Shown here: positions 1-7,123 of the stretch, piece after piece
Numbering within the stretch: the first letter of the stretch is position 1
How the letters are laid out: the number at the start of each line of letters is the position of its first letter
The notes under the pieces: model-generated
The model's input: the letters and a program-made list of their open reading frames with translations, nothing else
Databases searched by the model: none
Told to the model about the DNA's origin: nothing
Translations under genes and position numbers: made by a program
Assembly (NCBI GenBank): GCA_039190745.1
Contig: JBCCXZ010000085.1
Coordinates: forward strand, 1-13,165
Length of the DNA stretch: 13,165 nucleotides
Direction: 5' to 3'
Source of the DNA: Planctomycetota bacterium
GTDB taxonomy: Bacteria; Planctomycetota; Planctomycetia; Pirellulales; Lacipirellulaceae

Positions 1-179
1 CTCTGTGTAGCAGAGTCGCTGGCCCAATTTCAACGAAAATCCGCTAGGATTCTTGGGAAGTTGAGGGGCCTTGGAAAACGCGGGCCGGCCATGGCGTCTG
101 GCCGCCCTCTTGGTAGCTTGGCGCCGTCCGTCTTCTTTCTTGCGAGCGGCGCCGGGGGCGTCGCTGGGGTGAAAGGTTC

Positions 180-1259
180 TTGGCTGCCGCGGCCCGCAAG
201 CATCGGTTTGGTTTCCGGCTGCGGACGCTGTTCGCGTTGACGACGCTGGCGTGCGTCTTCCTGGCTTGGGTTGCGCAGCCGATCAGCGAGTACAACCGGC
301 AGCAGCGTACGATCGCTCGGCTCGAGGCGCTGGGCGCTAAGGTCGCGCTCTACGGGGTGGCGACCAAGGAGCCGTCGATTCGGCTCAATCTGGTCCGGGC
401 ACTGGGCTACCACTGCAACCGCTACCGTTGTTTCTCGATCGATCTGAGCGGCTGCCCGGTCGACGACGAAGACCTTCTGTTGCTAGAAGAGCTGCCGCAC
501 TTGCACCGTCTGAGCCTGAACGGCACGGGCGTGACGGACGCGGGCCTGGAACTCGTCTCTAGGCTGTCGACGTTGCACGAGCTCGACCTCAGCCACACGG
601 CGGTCACGGACGAGGGCGTCGGCAAGCTAGCCTCGGTGAGCGGGCTGGTCTGGCTGGATGTGCGGGGCGCCGACGTTTCTTACGCCGCTCTTGAGGGGCT
701 TGATGCCTGCTTGCCGAGGGCGAGGTTCGCGGAGCAGCGTGCGATCGCCGAGCTGGACGTGGTCGGTGCGCAAGCGGTGGCCGCCCGGCCGCAGTACCCC
801 GTGCGGTCGGGCCCGTTCCGGTTCACCTTGCCCGGCGGCGTCGAGCTGAAGGGGGGCCAGTTGATTTTGGGGATGAACCGCCGTCTGAGCCTCCGCCGGG
901 AAGACCTGGCGCACCTCGCGTACCTGAACTCGGCCGAGTGGATCGCGTTGCAGGGGGTGGAGGTCGAGCCGGGCGGGTTCGCCGGCCTGCCCGAGCTGCC
1001 GCTGCTGGAGAACGTCGAGGTCTGGTACGCCAACATCACCGACCAAGACCTGGCGGACCTGACCCGGCAGAAGCAGCTGACGGCGCTGACGATCGCGTAC
1101 TGCGACGGGGTGACGGACGAGGGGGTGGCGGCCCTCAGCGAGCTGAAGGACCTGCGGTCGGTGGAGGTGCTGGAATGCCCTGGGGTTTCGCTGGCGGCCA
1201 TCGAGCGGCTGCGGGAGGCGTTGCCGGAGCCGGGGTGTGAGATTCGTTACCCGCGGTGA
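180..1259 (+). CDS. Membrane-anchored leucine-rich repeat protein (planctomycete-type LRR)
   Basis: N-terminal RFGFRLRTLFALTTLACVFLAWV (basic motif plus hydrophobic helix). Repeated LRR units follow: LHRLSLNGTGVTDAGL, LHELDLSHTAVTDEGV, LVWLDVRGADVS, LTALTIAYCDGVTDEGV. The TTG start is uncertain (GAAAGG lies only 3 nt upstream). Confidence 0.85.
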   Translation: MAAAARKHRFGFRLRTLFALTTLACVFLAWVAQPISEYNRQQRTIARLEALGAKVALYGVATKEPSIRLNLVRALGYHCNRYRCFSIDLSGCPVDDEDLLLLEELPHLHRLSLNGTGVTDAGLELVSRLSTLHELDLSHTAVTDEGVGKLASVSGLVWLDVRGADVSYAALEGLDACLPRARFAEQRAIAELDVVGAQAVAARPQYPVRSGPFRFTLPGGVELKGGQLILGMNRRLSLRREDLAHLAYLNSAEWIALQGVEVEPGGFAGLPELPLLENVEVWYANITDQDLADLTRQKQLTALTIAYCDGVTDEGVAALSELKDLRSVEVLECPGVSLAAIERLREALPEPGCEIRYPR

Positions 1260-1267
1260 CGGGGACA

Positions 1268-1295
1268 AACCGCGGAGGACGCGGAGAGCGCAGAG
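1268..1295 (+). repeat. 9-nt-period microrepeat (CGCRGAG)x3, copy 1
   Basis: aaccgcggag-ga-cgcggag-ag-cgcagag, just after the LRR stop. It matches the copy at 3699..3726 at 24/28 positions. Confidence 0.75.
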
Positions 1296-1407
1296 ACGCG
1301 TAGCGGCCGTAACGGCGGCAGTTTGTGGTTGTCGGGCCGGATGGTTATCCTAATCAACGCTCCTCGAAGTGGTGCTGCACCTCTGCGCTTACTCTGAAAG
1401 GCCGCTC

Positions 1408-2187
1408 GTGATCCGCCGCTGCCCTGACTCTGCCCTGCCGCTCGTCGGCTGTCTTCTTATCCCTTTGTTGCTGGCTCCGGCCGGCGCGTTGGGTTTGGTC
1501 AAGTATCAGGGACAGGCAGTGGAAGCGACCGGGGAACCCGACCCCGAACTGAGCGCGTTGGCGGGCCTTGATCTGGTGATCGAGTACACGATTGACCCAA
1601 CCACGCCCGACCTCGATCCCGACCCGACACAGGGGCGGTACTTCGATCCGCTGGGCACGCTTAGCGTGACGGTGGGCCCGAACATCTACACGTCTCAGGG
1701 CGTCAGCCTGGTGATCGAAGACACGCAGCAGGGTGATGTGTACTCCATCTCGCAAATTGTCTCGGGGAATCTGTTCGGCGGAGCCAGGCAGGCGGCCGTT
1801 GGATTGACTTTCTTGGACCCGAGCGGCCAAGCGTTTCTGGGCGATCGGCTGCCGCTGACGCCCCCTTCGCCGGCCGAGTTTGGCAGCGTCGGGCTGGCGC
1901 TGGGTTTCGGCCCCCCGGCAGACGACGACGAGACGATCTCCGACGACTTCGATTTGCTTTACACACCGGCGGTCGGCGGCCCGCCGTCTGATGACTCGGA
2001 CATCGATTTTGATTTCATCGCCCGCGACGACGACGACCCGGGCACGCTTCGCCGGTTTGATTCCCACTCGCTGCGGGCCTCGCAGGTACTTGCCGTTCCT
2101 GAACCGGCAACGGTGCTCACCGCGGCGGTCGGCCTGGCGACGGCGGCGGCCTTCCTGATCCGGCGGAGGCTGACCCCGGGGTCGTGA
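1408..2187 (+). CDS. PEP-CTERM sorting domain protein, acidic (Asp-rich), secreted/surface
   Basis: C-terminal VPEP (2095..2106), hydrophobic helix ATVLTAAVGLATAAAFLI and RRR tail. Signal-peptide-like N-terminus. Start placed at GTG 1408 (GAAAGG 6 nt upstream) rather than 1369 from the ORF track. Confidence 0.9.
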   Translation: MIRRCPDSALPLVGCLLIPLLLAPAGALGLVKYQGQAVEATGEPDPELSALAGLDLVIEYTIDPTTPDLDPDPTQGRYFDPLGTLSVTVGPNIYTSQGVSLVIEDTQQGDVYSISQIVSGNLFGGARQAAVGLTFLDPSGQAFLGDRLPLTPPSPAEFGSVGLALGFGPPADDDETISDDFDLLYTPAVGGPPSDDSDIDFDFIARDDDDPGTLRRFDSHSLRASQVLAVPEPATVLTAAVGLATAAAFLIRRRLTPGS

Positions 2188-3695
2188 TACGGGGTTGGCT
2201 AGACCGGCTCGGCGGACGCCTGGCGACGCCGGTGGACGGCTCGTCGGTTGCCGCGCTGCGGATCGTCTTCGGCGCGGCGATCGTTTACGAGTCGATCGCC
2301 TTGTGGCCGTTGGCGCCGGGCCTGTTCATCGACCCGCCGTTCCACTTCAAGTACGGCGGCTTCGCGTTTGTGGAGCCCTGGTCTGCGGGCTGGGTGTACT
2401 TCGCCCTGACGGCGACACTGGCGGCGGCCCTGGCGTTGATGGCGGGCTGGTGCTGCCGAGCGGCCGCGGCCGGCACATTCGTGGGGTTTGGCTACCTATT
2501 CCTGCTCGAAGAGGCGCTCTACCTCAACCACTTTTACCTGATGGTGGTCGTGGCGTTTCTGCTCACGGTGGTGCGCACCGATCGCTGGGCTTCGGTGGAC
2601 CAGTACCTCCGGCGGGTCGAGAGGGTTCAAACGGTTCCGCTCTGGCACGTGCTGATCCTGCGTGCGCAGGTCGTGATCGTGTACTTCTACGGCGGCCTAG
2701 CGAAGCTCAACGGCGACTGGCTCCGCGGCGAGCCGGTGAGCGAGTGGCTCGGACGCCGTGAGGCGTTCCCGTTTGTTGGTCACCTGCTCACCGAGGACTG
2801 GGTCACGCTGTGGGTGTTCAGCTACGGCGGGCTGGTTTTCGATCTGTCGATCGGCTTTCTGCTTCTGAGCCGCCGCACCCGAGACCTGGCACTGATCCCG
2901 CTGTTGTTCTTCCACGTCACGAATGCGCTCGTGTTTCACATCGGTGTTTTCCCGTGGCTGTCGCTGGGGCTCACGGTGATCTTCTTCGACCCCGGCGGGC
3001 CGCGGGCGTTGCTGGACGACCTTCGCGAGAAGTGGTTGGGGAAACGGCGGCGGGCGAGTGAGTCGGGCAGGCAGATCCACTCGCAGATTACTTGGAGGAA
3101 GCGGACGGCGGCGGCGTTCTTTGTCGGTTGGATCGCGGTCCAGTCGTTCGTCCCTCTGCGGCATTGGCTGTACCCCGGCAATGTAAACTGGACGGAAGAG
3201 GGGCACCGCTTCTCGTGGCGGATGAAGCTGCGGGACAAACAAGGGTGGCTCACGTTTGCCGTGACGGACCGCGAGACCGGCGCCACCGTGCCGTTTACGC
3301 CCGTGCCCGGGTACGCGCCCGAGGAGCTTCAGCTCACCCGCTTGCAGCTGCAGCGGATGACGATGTGCCCGCGGCTGGCCGTGCAGTACGCGCACTACTT
3401 GCACCGCAACGCCCACCTGATGGGTTTGGAAGACCCGGAAGTGCGGGTGGTGTGCCTGGTGTCTCTGAACGGGAGGCCGCACCAGTTGTTGATCGATCCG
3501 GAAGTGGATCTAGCGCGGGTCGAACCGCCGTGGATCGGGCCGGCGGAGTGGATCGTGCCGCTGCTGCCCGACCAGCCGATTGGGCTCTACGAGCCGTTGG
3601 ACCTCGATCGCTTCGACGGGGTCCTGCGGGCGAGGTTCCCGGACAATCCATTCTGGGAGCGTTACCCAGAAAGCGGCAAGGGTTTGCGGGAGTGA
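2184..3695 (+). CDS. HTTM-domain / vitamin K-dependent gamma-carboxylase-like membrane protein
   Basis: Multiple TM helices and motifs resembling GGCX-family proteins: LRIVFG, YLNHFYL, VYFYGGLAKLNGDWLRG, FFHVTNALVFHIGVFPW, NWTEEGHRFSWRMKL, VSLNGRPHQLLIDPEVDL. The GTG start overlaps the upstream TGA (GTGA at 2184..2187). Confidence 0.9.
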   Translation: MIRGWLDRLGGRLATPVDGSSVAALRIVFGAAIVYESIALWPLAPGLFIDPPFHFKYGGFAFVEPWSAGWVYFALTATLAAALALMAGWCCRAAAAGTFVGFGYLFLLEEALYLNHFYLMVVVAFLLTVVRTDRWASVDQYLRRVERVQTVPLWHVLILRAQVVIVYFYGGLAKLNGDWLRGEPVSEWLGRREAFPFVGHLLTEDWVTLWVFSYGGLVFDLSIGFLLLSRRTRDLALIPLLFFHVTNALVFHIGVFPWLSLGLTVIFFDPGGPRALLDDLREKWLGKRRRASESGRQIHSQITWRKRTAAAFFVGWIAVQSFVPLRHWLYPGNVNWTEEGHRFSWRMKLRDKQGWLTFAVTDRETGATVPFTPVPGYAPEELQLTRLQLQRMTMCPRLAVQYAHYLHRNAHLMGLEDPEVRVVCLVSLNGRPHQLLIDPEVDLARVEPPWIGPAEWIVPLLPDQPIGLYEPLDLDRFDGVLRARFPDNPFWERYPESGKGLRE

Positions 3696-3698
3696 ATT

Positions 3699-3726
3699 AA
3701 CCGCGGAGAACGCAGAGGTCGCAGAG
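3699..3726 (+). repeat. 9-nt-period microrepeat (CGCRGAG)x3, copy 2
   Basis: aaccgcggag-aa-cgcagag-gt-cgcagag, directly after the HTTM gene stop. Direct repeat of 1268..1295. Confidence 0.75.
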
Positions 3727-3734
3727 GGGATTGT

Positions 3735-3797
3735 GTGGCACTGGCGTCTCGCCAGTGCAGAACCTGTGAGAAAGCACTGGCAAGATGCGAGTGCCAC
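3735..3797. repeat. REP-like inverted doublet (GTGG class)
   Basis: Arms gtggcactggcgtctcgccagtgc (3735..3758) and gcactggcaagatgcgagtgccac (3774..3797) are reverse complements at 21/24 positions. Each arm is itself palindromic. Confidence 0.75.
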
Positions 3798-3802
3798 CCG
3801 GG

Positions 3803-3877
3803 CGCTTGCGTGGACATGCGCGGCGGCGGGTGGATACTGGGTTGGTGCGTTCGCATGTTCACGCGGGCGTGAGCATG
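3803..3877. repeat. Degenerate REP-like inverted repeat/palindrome
   Basis: cgcttgcgtggacatgcg (3803..3820) vs cgcatgttcacgcgggcg (3852..3869) are reverse complements at 15/18 positions. An internal hairpin catgttcacgc-gg-gcgtgagcatg spans 3854..3877. Confidence 0.55.
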
Positions 3878-3893
3878 AAGCCGAGGCCATCGT

Positions 3894-4391
3894 GTGATGT
3901 CGAATCGGAAACCGAAAAAAGCCGAAGATTTCCTGCGGGAACTTGAATCTGATCCCGAATGGGTTGCTCAACGAGATGCCAGGGAACGCGAACTGGCTGA
4001 GCGTGCTGCCGTCTATGCTGCGGATGAAGCCGATCTCGTCGCCGAAATCCGGGCGGCCGGTTTCGGCATCGGTTCCGTTTGGGATCTCGTGAACAACGCG
4101 CCTCATTCGGTCCTGGAGCGGCGGTTCACGGCGGGATACTCCGCGGTCTACCCCATCCTTATCCGTCACCTCACCCTCTCGCATCACGAAAGAGTACGCG
4201 AGGGAATCATCAGAGCCTTGACCGTAAAGGACGGGGGGGAAGAACTTGAGCAGGCGTTGCTTGCTCAGTTCAAGAAAGAGACCGACGACGGCCTCAAGTG
4301 GGTGCTCGCCAACGCACTGCAGACGGCGGTTCCCTACCACCGACGTCGGAAGTGGCCGGAGATCGCCAAGGTATTGTCCGGTCGTTCGTAA
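3894..4391 (+). CDS. Hypothetical alpha-helical protein, HEAT-repeat-like
   Basis: Fills the gap between flanking repeat clusters, with GAGG upstream and a GTG/ATG start at 3894/3897. Amphipathic helical pattern: SVWDLVN...YPILIRHL...RVREGIIRAL...LKWVLANAL. Confidence 0.7.
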   Translation: MMSNRKPKKAEDFLRELESDPEWVAQRDARERELAERAAVYAADEADLVAEIRAAGFGIGSVWDLVNNAPHSVLERRFTAGYSAVYPILIRHLTLSHHERVREGIIRALTVKDGGEELEQALLAQFKKETDDGLKWVLANALQTAVPYHRRRKWPEIAKVLSGRS

Positions 4392-4414
4392 CCAATCAGC
4401 GGTTCTTTGAGTGA

Positions 4415-4493
4415 CGTAGGATGGGTGCTTGCACCCATCAACCAAGACCGCGACTAACGACAGAGAAAGATGGGTGCGAGCACCCATCCTACG
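4415..4493. repeat. REP inverted doublet (GTAG class, REPIN-like), between convergent genes
   Basis: cgtaggatgggtgcttgcacccatc (4415..4439) and gatgggtgcgagcacccatcctacg (4469..4493) are reverse complements at 24/25 positions. Each arm is GTAG plus an internal palindrome. It may double as a bidirectional terminator or RNA stabiliser. Confidence 0.85.
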
Positions 4494-4520
4494 ACGCCGC
4501 GGTGAATCCCTGCCCCGCCG

Positions 4521-5795
4521 CTAGACGCTGCCGGCGATGAGCGTGATGTTCTGGCCGCCGAAGCCGAAGCTGTTGGTGAGCACCTTGGTGCACGGCTTGT
4601 CGCGGGCCTCGTTGGGCACGTAGTCGAGGTCGCAGTTGGGGTCGGGCGTCTCATAGTTGATCGTGGGGGCGAGCTTGCCCTCCTTGAGCGTCTTGAGGCA
4701 GACGATCAGCTCCGTGGCGCCGGCCGCGGCGATGAGGTGGCCGGTCATGCTCTTGGTGCTCGAGACAGGCACCTTGTACGCCTGCTCGCCGAAGACCTCG
4801 CGGATGGCGAGCGACTCGACCTTGTCGTTCACGGTGGTGCTCGTGCCGTGGGCGTTGATGTAGTCGATGTCCGTGGTATTCATCCCGGCGTCGGCCAGGG
4901 CCATCTTCAGGCAGGCGATGGCGCCGCGGCCCTCGGGGTGCGTATCGGTGATGCGGAAGGCGTCGGCCGTGGTGCCGTAGCCTAGGATCTCACCGTAGAT
5001 GTGGGCGCCGCGGGCGCGGGCGTGCTCGTACTCTTCGAGCACCACGATGGCGGCGCCTTCGCCGAGGACGAAGCCGTCTCGGTGCATGTCGAAGGGGCGG
5101 CTGGCGCGTTGGGGCTCGTCGTTCCGCTCGCTGAGGGCGGTGAGCAGGTTGAAGCCGGTGACGCCGAAGGGGTGGATCATGCTGTGGGCGCCGCCGGAGA
5201 TCATGGCGTCGGCTTCGCCGCGGCGGATGATCTCGGTGGCCTCGCCGATGGCCTGGCTGCTGGCGGCGCAGGCGGTGAGGCAGTTGACGTTGGGGCCCTG
5301 GGCGTCGAACAGCGAGGCGACGTACCCGACGGGCATGTTGGGCTCTTGCTCGAGCTCGGCCTGGGGGTCGAGCTCGTCGACGCCGGACTGGACGAAGGCC
5401 CGCATGTCGAAGTCGCCCTCCTGGACGGCGGCGGCCATCATCTTGGAGAAGCGGAAGAAGTCTTGCTGGCCCTCGCCGGCGCCGAGGTAGACGCCGAGGC
5501 GTTGGGGCTCGACCGTGCCGAGGACGCCGGACTCGCCGACGGCCTGCTTGGCGGCGCCGACGGCGAAGCGGGTGTGGCGGCCGCGGGGCTCCCACTCGGC
5601 GGGGTCTTCACCCACCGAAGCGACCGACCAGTCTTTCACCTCGGCGGAGATCTGCGTGGGGAAGCTGCCGGCGTCGAAGATGGTGGTGCGGCCGACGCCG
5701 CTCTTGCCTTCGAGGAGGTTTCCCCAGAGCTCGTCGGGGGTGTGCCCGAGGGGGGTGACGCAGCCGATGCCGGTGATGACGACGCGACGTCGCAT
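4521..5795 (-). CDS. fabF: 3-oxoacyl-[ACP] synthase II (KAS II, FabF family)
   Basis: RRVVITGIG start, Cys-His-His triad (TACAAS, INAHGTST, KSMTGHLIAAAG), RPFD...RDGFVLGEGA and C-terminal NSFGFGGQN. GGAG RBS at 5805..5808. Confidence 0.95.
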   Translation of the reverse strand: MRRRVVITGIGCVTPLGHTPDELWGNLLEGKSGVGRTTIFDAGSFPTQISAEVKDWSVASVGEDPAEWEPRGRHTRFAVGAAKQAVGESGVLGTVEPQRLGVYLGAGEGQQDFFRFSKMMAAAVQEGDFDMRAFVQSGVDELDPQAELEQEPNMPVGYVASLFDAQGPNVNCLTACAASSQAIGEATEIIRRGEADAMISGGAHSMIHPFGVTGFNLLTALSERNDEPQRASRPFDMHRDGFVLGEGAAIVVLEEYEHARARGAHIYGEILGYGTTADAFRITDTHPEGRGAIACLKMALADAGMNTTDIDYINAHGTSTTVNDKVESLAIREVFGEQAYKVPVSSTKSMTGHLIAAAGATELIVCLKTLKEGKLAPTINYETPDPNCDLDYVPNEARDKPCTKVLTNSFGFGGQNITLIAGSV

Positions 5796-5833
5796 GGTGG
5801 TTTGCTCCGTTGCCGCTGAGGGGAGGAAGAATT

Positions 5834-5868
5834 GACAGGATAACAGGATCGGGCAGGATCGACAGGAT
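5834..5868 (+). repeat. Tandem microrepeat of CAGGAT x4 (8-10 nt period)
   Basis: gacaggat-aacaggat-cgggcaggat-cgacaggat, with CAGGAT at 5836, 5844, 5854 and 5863. Confidence 0.75.
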
Positions 5869-5901
5869 GAAGAGAGTGAGGCCGGTTGTTTGGAAACGCC
5901 C

Positions 5902-5975
5902 TGTGGGAGGCCTCTCCGAGGCCGATTTCGGTTTGCCTCCGCCGAACGTAATCGGGCTCAGAGAGCCCTCCCACA
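5902..5975. repeat. REP inverted doublet (TGTGGGAG class)
   Basis: tgtgggaggcctctccgaggccgatt (5902..5927) and aatcgggctcagagagccctcccaca (5950..5975) are reverse complements at 23/26 positions. Each arm has a 6-bp internal hairpin. Confidence 0.8.
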
Positions 5976-6008
5976 AATCCGCTCTGCCAAGTTTTCCGCA
6001 GCGGCCCT

Positions 6009-6542
6009 CTAGGCGAGAGCAGCGCTGAAGGGTTCGTAGTCGGCGGCTTTCAGGGGCGTGCCGTCTTGGCGGACGCCGACCTCGAAGACGCCGACGATGG
6101 TGAGCCAGTGCAGCAGGTGCTCGGCGGTGAAGAGCTCGCGGCCGAACATGTTGTCGCTGCCGGCGCCCATGCGGGCGAACGCGAGCTGGGCCTCGGCGTG
6201 CAGGCGGTCTCCGACGTGGCCGGTGGCGCTGACGACGGCCCCGTCTTCGCGGGCGGCCTCGATCTTGGTGCGGTAGGTGATGGTCTCTCCGGGGCGGACC
6301 ACGGAGTGGAACTTGCTCTTGGCGATCTTGCCGAGGACGACCAGCTCGCTGAAGCCGTAGTGCTCGCTGACCAGCAGGCCGCCGGTCTGGGCGATGCCCT
6401 CGGTAACCAGCGAGTTGGGCATGATGGGGTGCCCGACGAAGTGGTCGTGGAGGTGGTCTTCGGAGAGCGTGACCGCCTTGGCCGCGGTGGCGTGCGAGCC
6501 GCTGACGAACTCGCTGAAGCGGTCGACCCAGAACCAACGCAT
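6009..6542 (-). CDS. FabZ-like beta-hydroxyacyl-ACP dehydratase (hotdog fold) with C-terminal extension
   Basis: MRWFWVDR start, KAVTLSE, DHFVGHPIMPNSLVTEGIAQ (His/Glu dyad positions retained) and KFHSVVRPGE. Lies between the ACP gene and fabF. Confidence 0.85.
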   Translation of the reverse strand: MRWFWVDRFSEFVSGSHATAAKAVTLSEDHLHDHFVGHPIMPNSLVTEGIAQTGGLLVSEHYGFSELVVLGKIAKSKFHSVVRPGETITYRTKIEAAREDGAVVSATGHVGDRLHAEAQLAFARMGAGSDNMFGRELFTAEHLLHWLTIVGVFEVGVRQDGTPLKAADYEPFSAALA

Positions 6543-6577
6543 GGCGGAACTCGTGGGGAGTGGTTTGGTTGGCGCCG

Positions 6578-6599
6578 GCGACGCGTAGCGTCGCGGCTA
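6578..6599. repeat. Short GC hairpin / REP-like singlet
   Basis: gcgacgc-gta-gcgtcgc followed by ggcta, in the intergenic region between the ACP and FabZ-like genes. Confidence 0.4.
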
Positions 6600-6632
6600 T
6601 TGGGTAACCTGCTTCGTGTCTAGTTCGCGGCT

Positions 6633-7019
6633 CTAGGCGGCGAGCTTGTACTCTACGAACTTGCACATGTCCTGCACGGTGAGCTGCTGGCCCAGGTTTT
6701 GGACGACGGGCTCGGACTCGAACTTGCTGAGATCGGCGAACGGCATACGCTCTTTGAGCTTGGCGATGCCGGCGTCGTTCAGGCGGCCGTCGGCGACTAG
6801 CTCGGTGTCGGTAAGGATGTCTTCGGGGAAGAGCTCGCCGCGCTCGATCTTGATGTCGAAGGCCTTCTCGAGGCGGAAGACGATGTCGAGGAAGTCGATC
6901 GACTCGGCGTCGAGGTCGCCCTGCAGGGTAGCCTCGGGGGTGACGTCTTCATCGTCGACGCCGAGCGCGTCGACGAGGGCTTCGCGGACCTTCTCGAAAA
7001 TCTCTTGTTCTGACGGCAT
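6633..7019 (-). CDS. Acyl carrier protein, long form (128 aa) with internal insertion
   Basis: EIFEKVREALVDALGVDDEDVTPEATLQGDLDAESIDFLDIVFRLEKAFDIKI...TVQDMCKFVEYKL. The predicted phosphopantetheine Ser is in AESID. Start ATG at 7019 with a GGAGG RBS (cctcc at 7031..7035). Confidence 0.9.
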   Translation of the reverse strand: MPSEQEIFEKVREALVDALGVDDEDVTPEATLQGDLDAESIDFLDIVFRLEKAFDIKIERGELFPEDILTDTELVADGRLNDAGIAKLKERMPFADLSKFESEPVVQNLGQQLTVQDMCKFVEYKLAA

Positions 7020-7123
7020 GGCTTGGGTTACCTCCGCTTGCAGTGGCCCGTCGCCTGGGGGCGTGAGCGGGCTTGGGAACAGGTGTGTAAAGGGTGTGCG
7101 GTTGGGTCGGCTGGCGGCGGCGG

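Noticed and set aside
3510..4487. 325-aa minus-strand ORF
   Set aside because: It starts within a REP element, crosses the repeat mosaic and lies antisense to two better-supported genes.
3699..5975. Palindromic repeats considered as a CRISPR array or integron attC sites
   Set aside because: They are not regularly spaced identical repeats with unique spacers, no cas or integrase gene is present, and no clear RYYYAAC...GTTRRRY boundaries were seen. REP-like doublets fit better.
4990..6666. Long overlapping ORFs (4990..5595, 5001..5819, 5608..6666, 6066..6623)
   Set aside because: Shadow frames of fabF and the FabZ-like gene. One runs through non-coding repeats.
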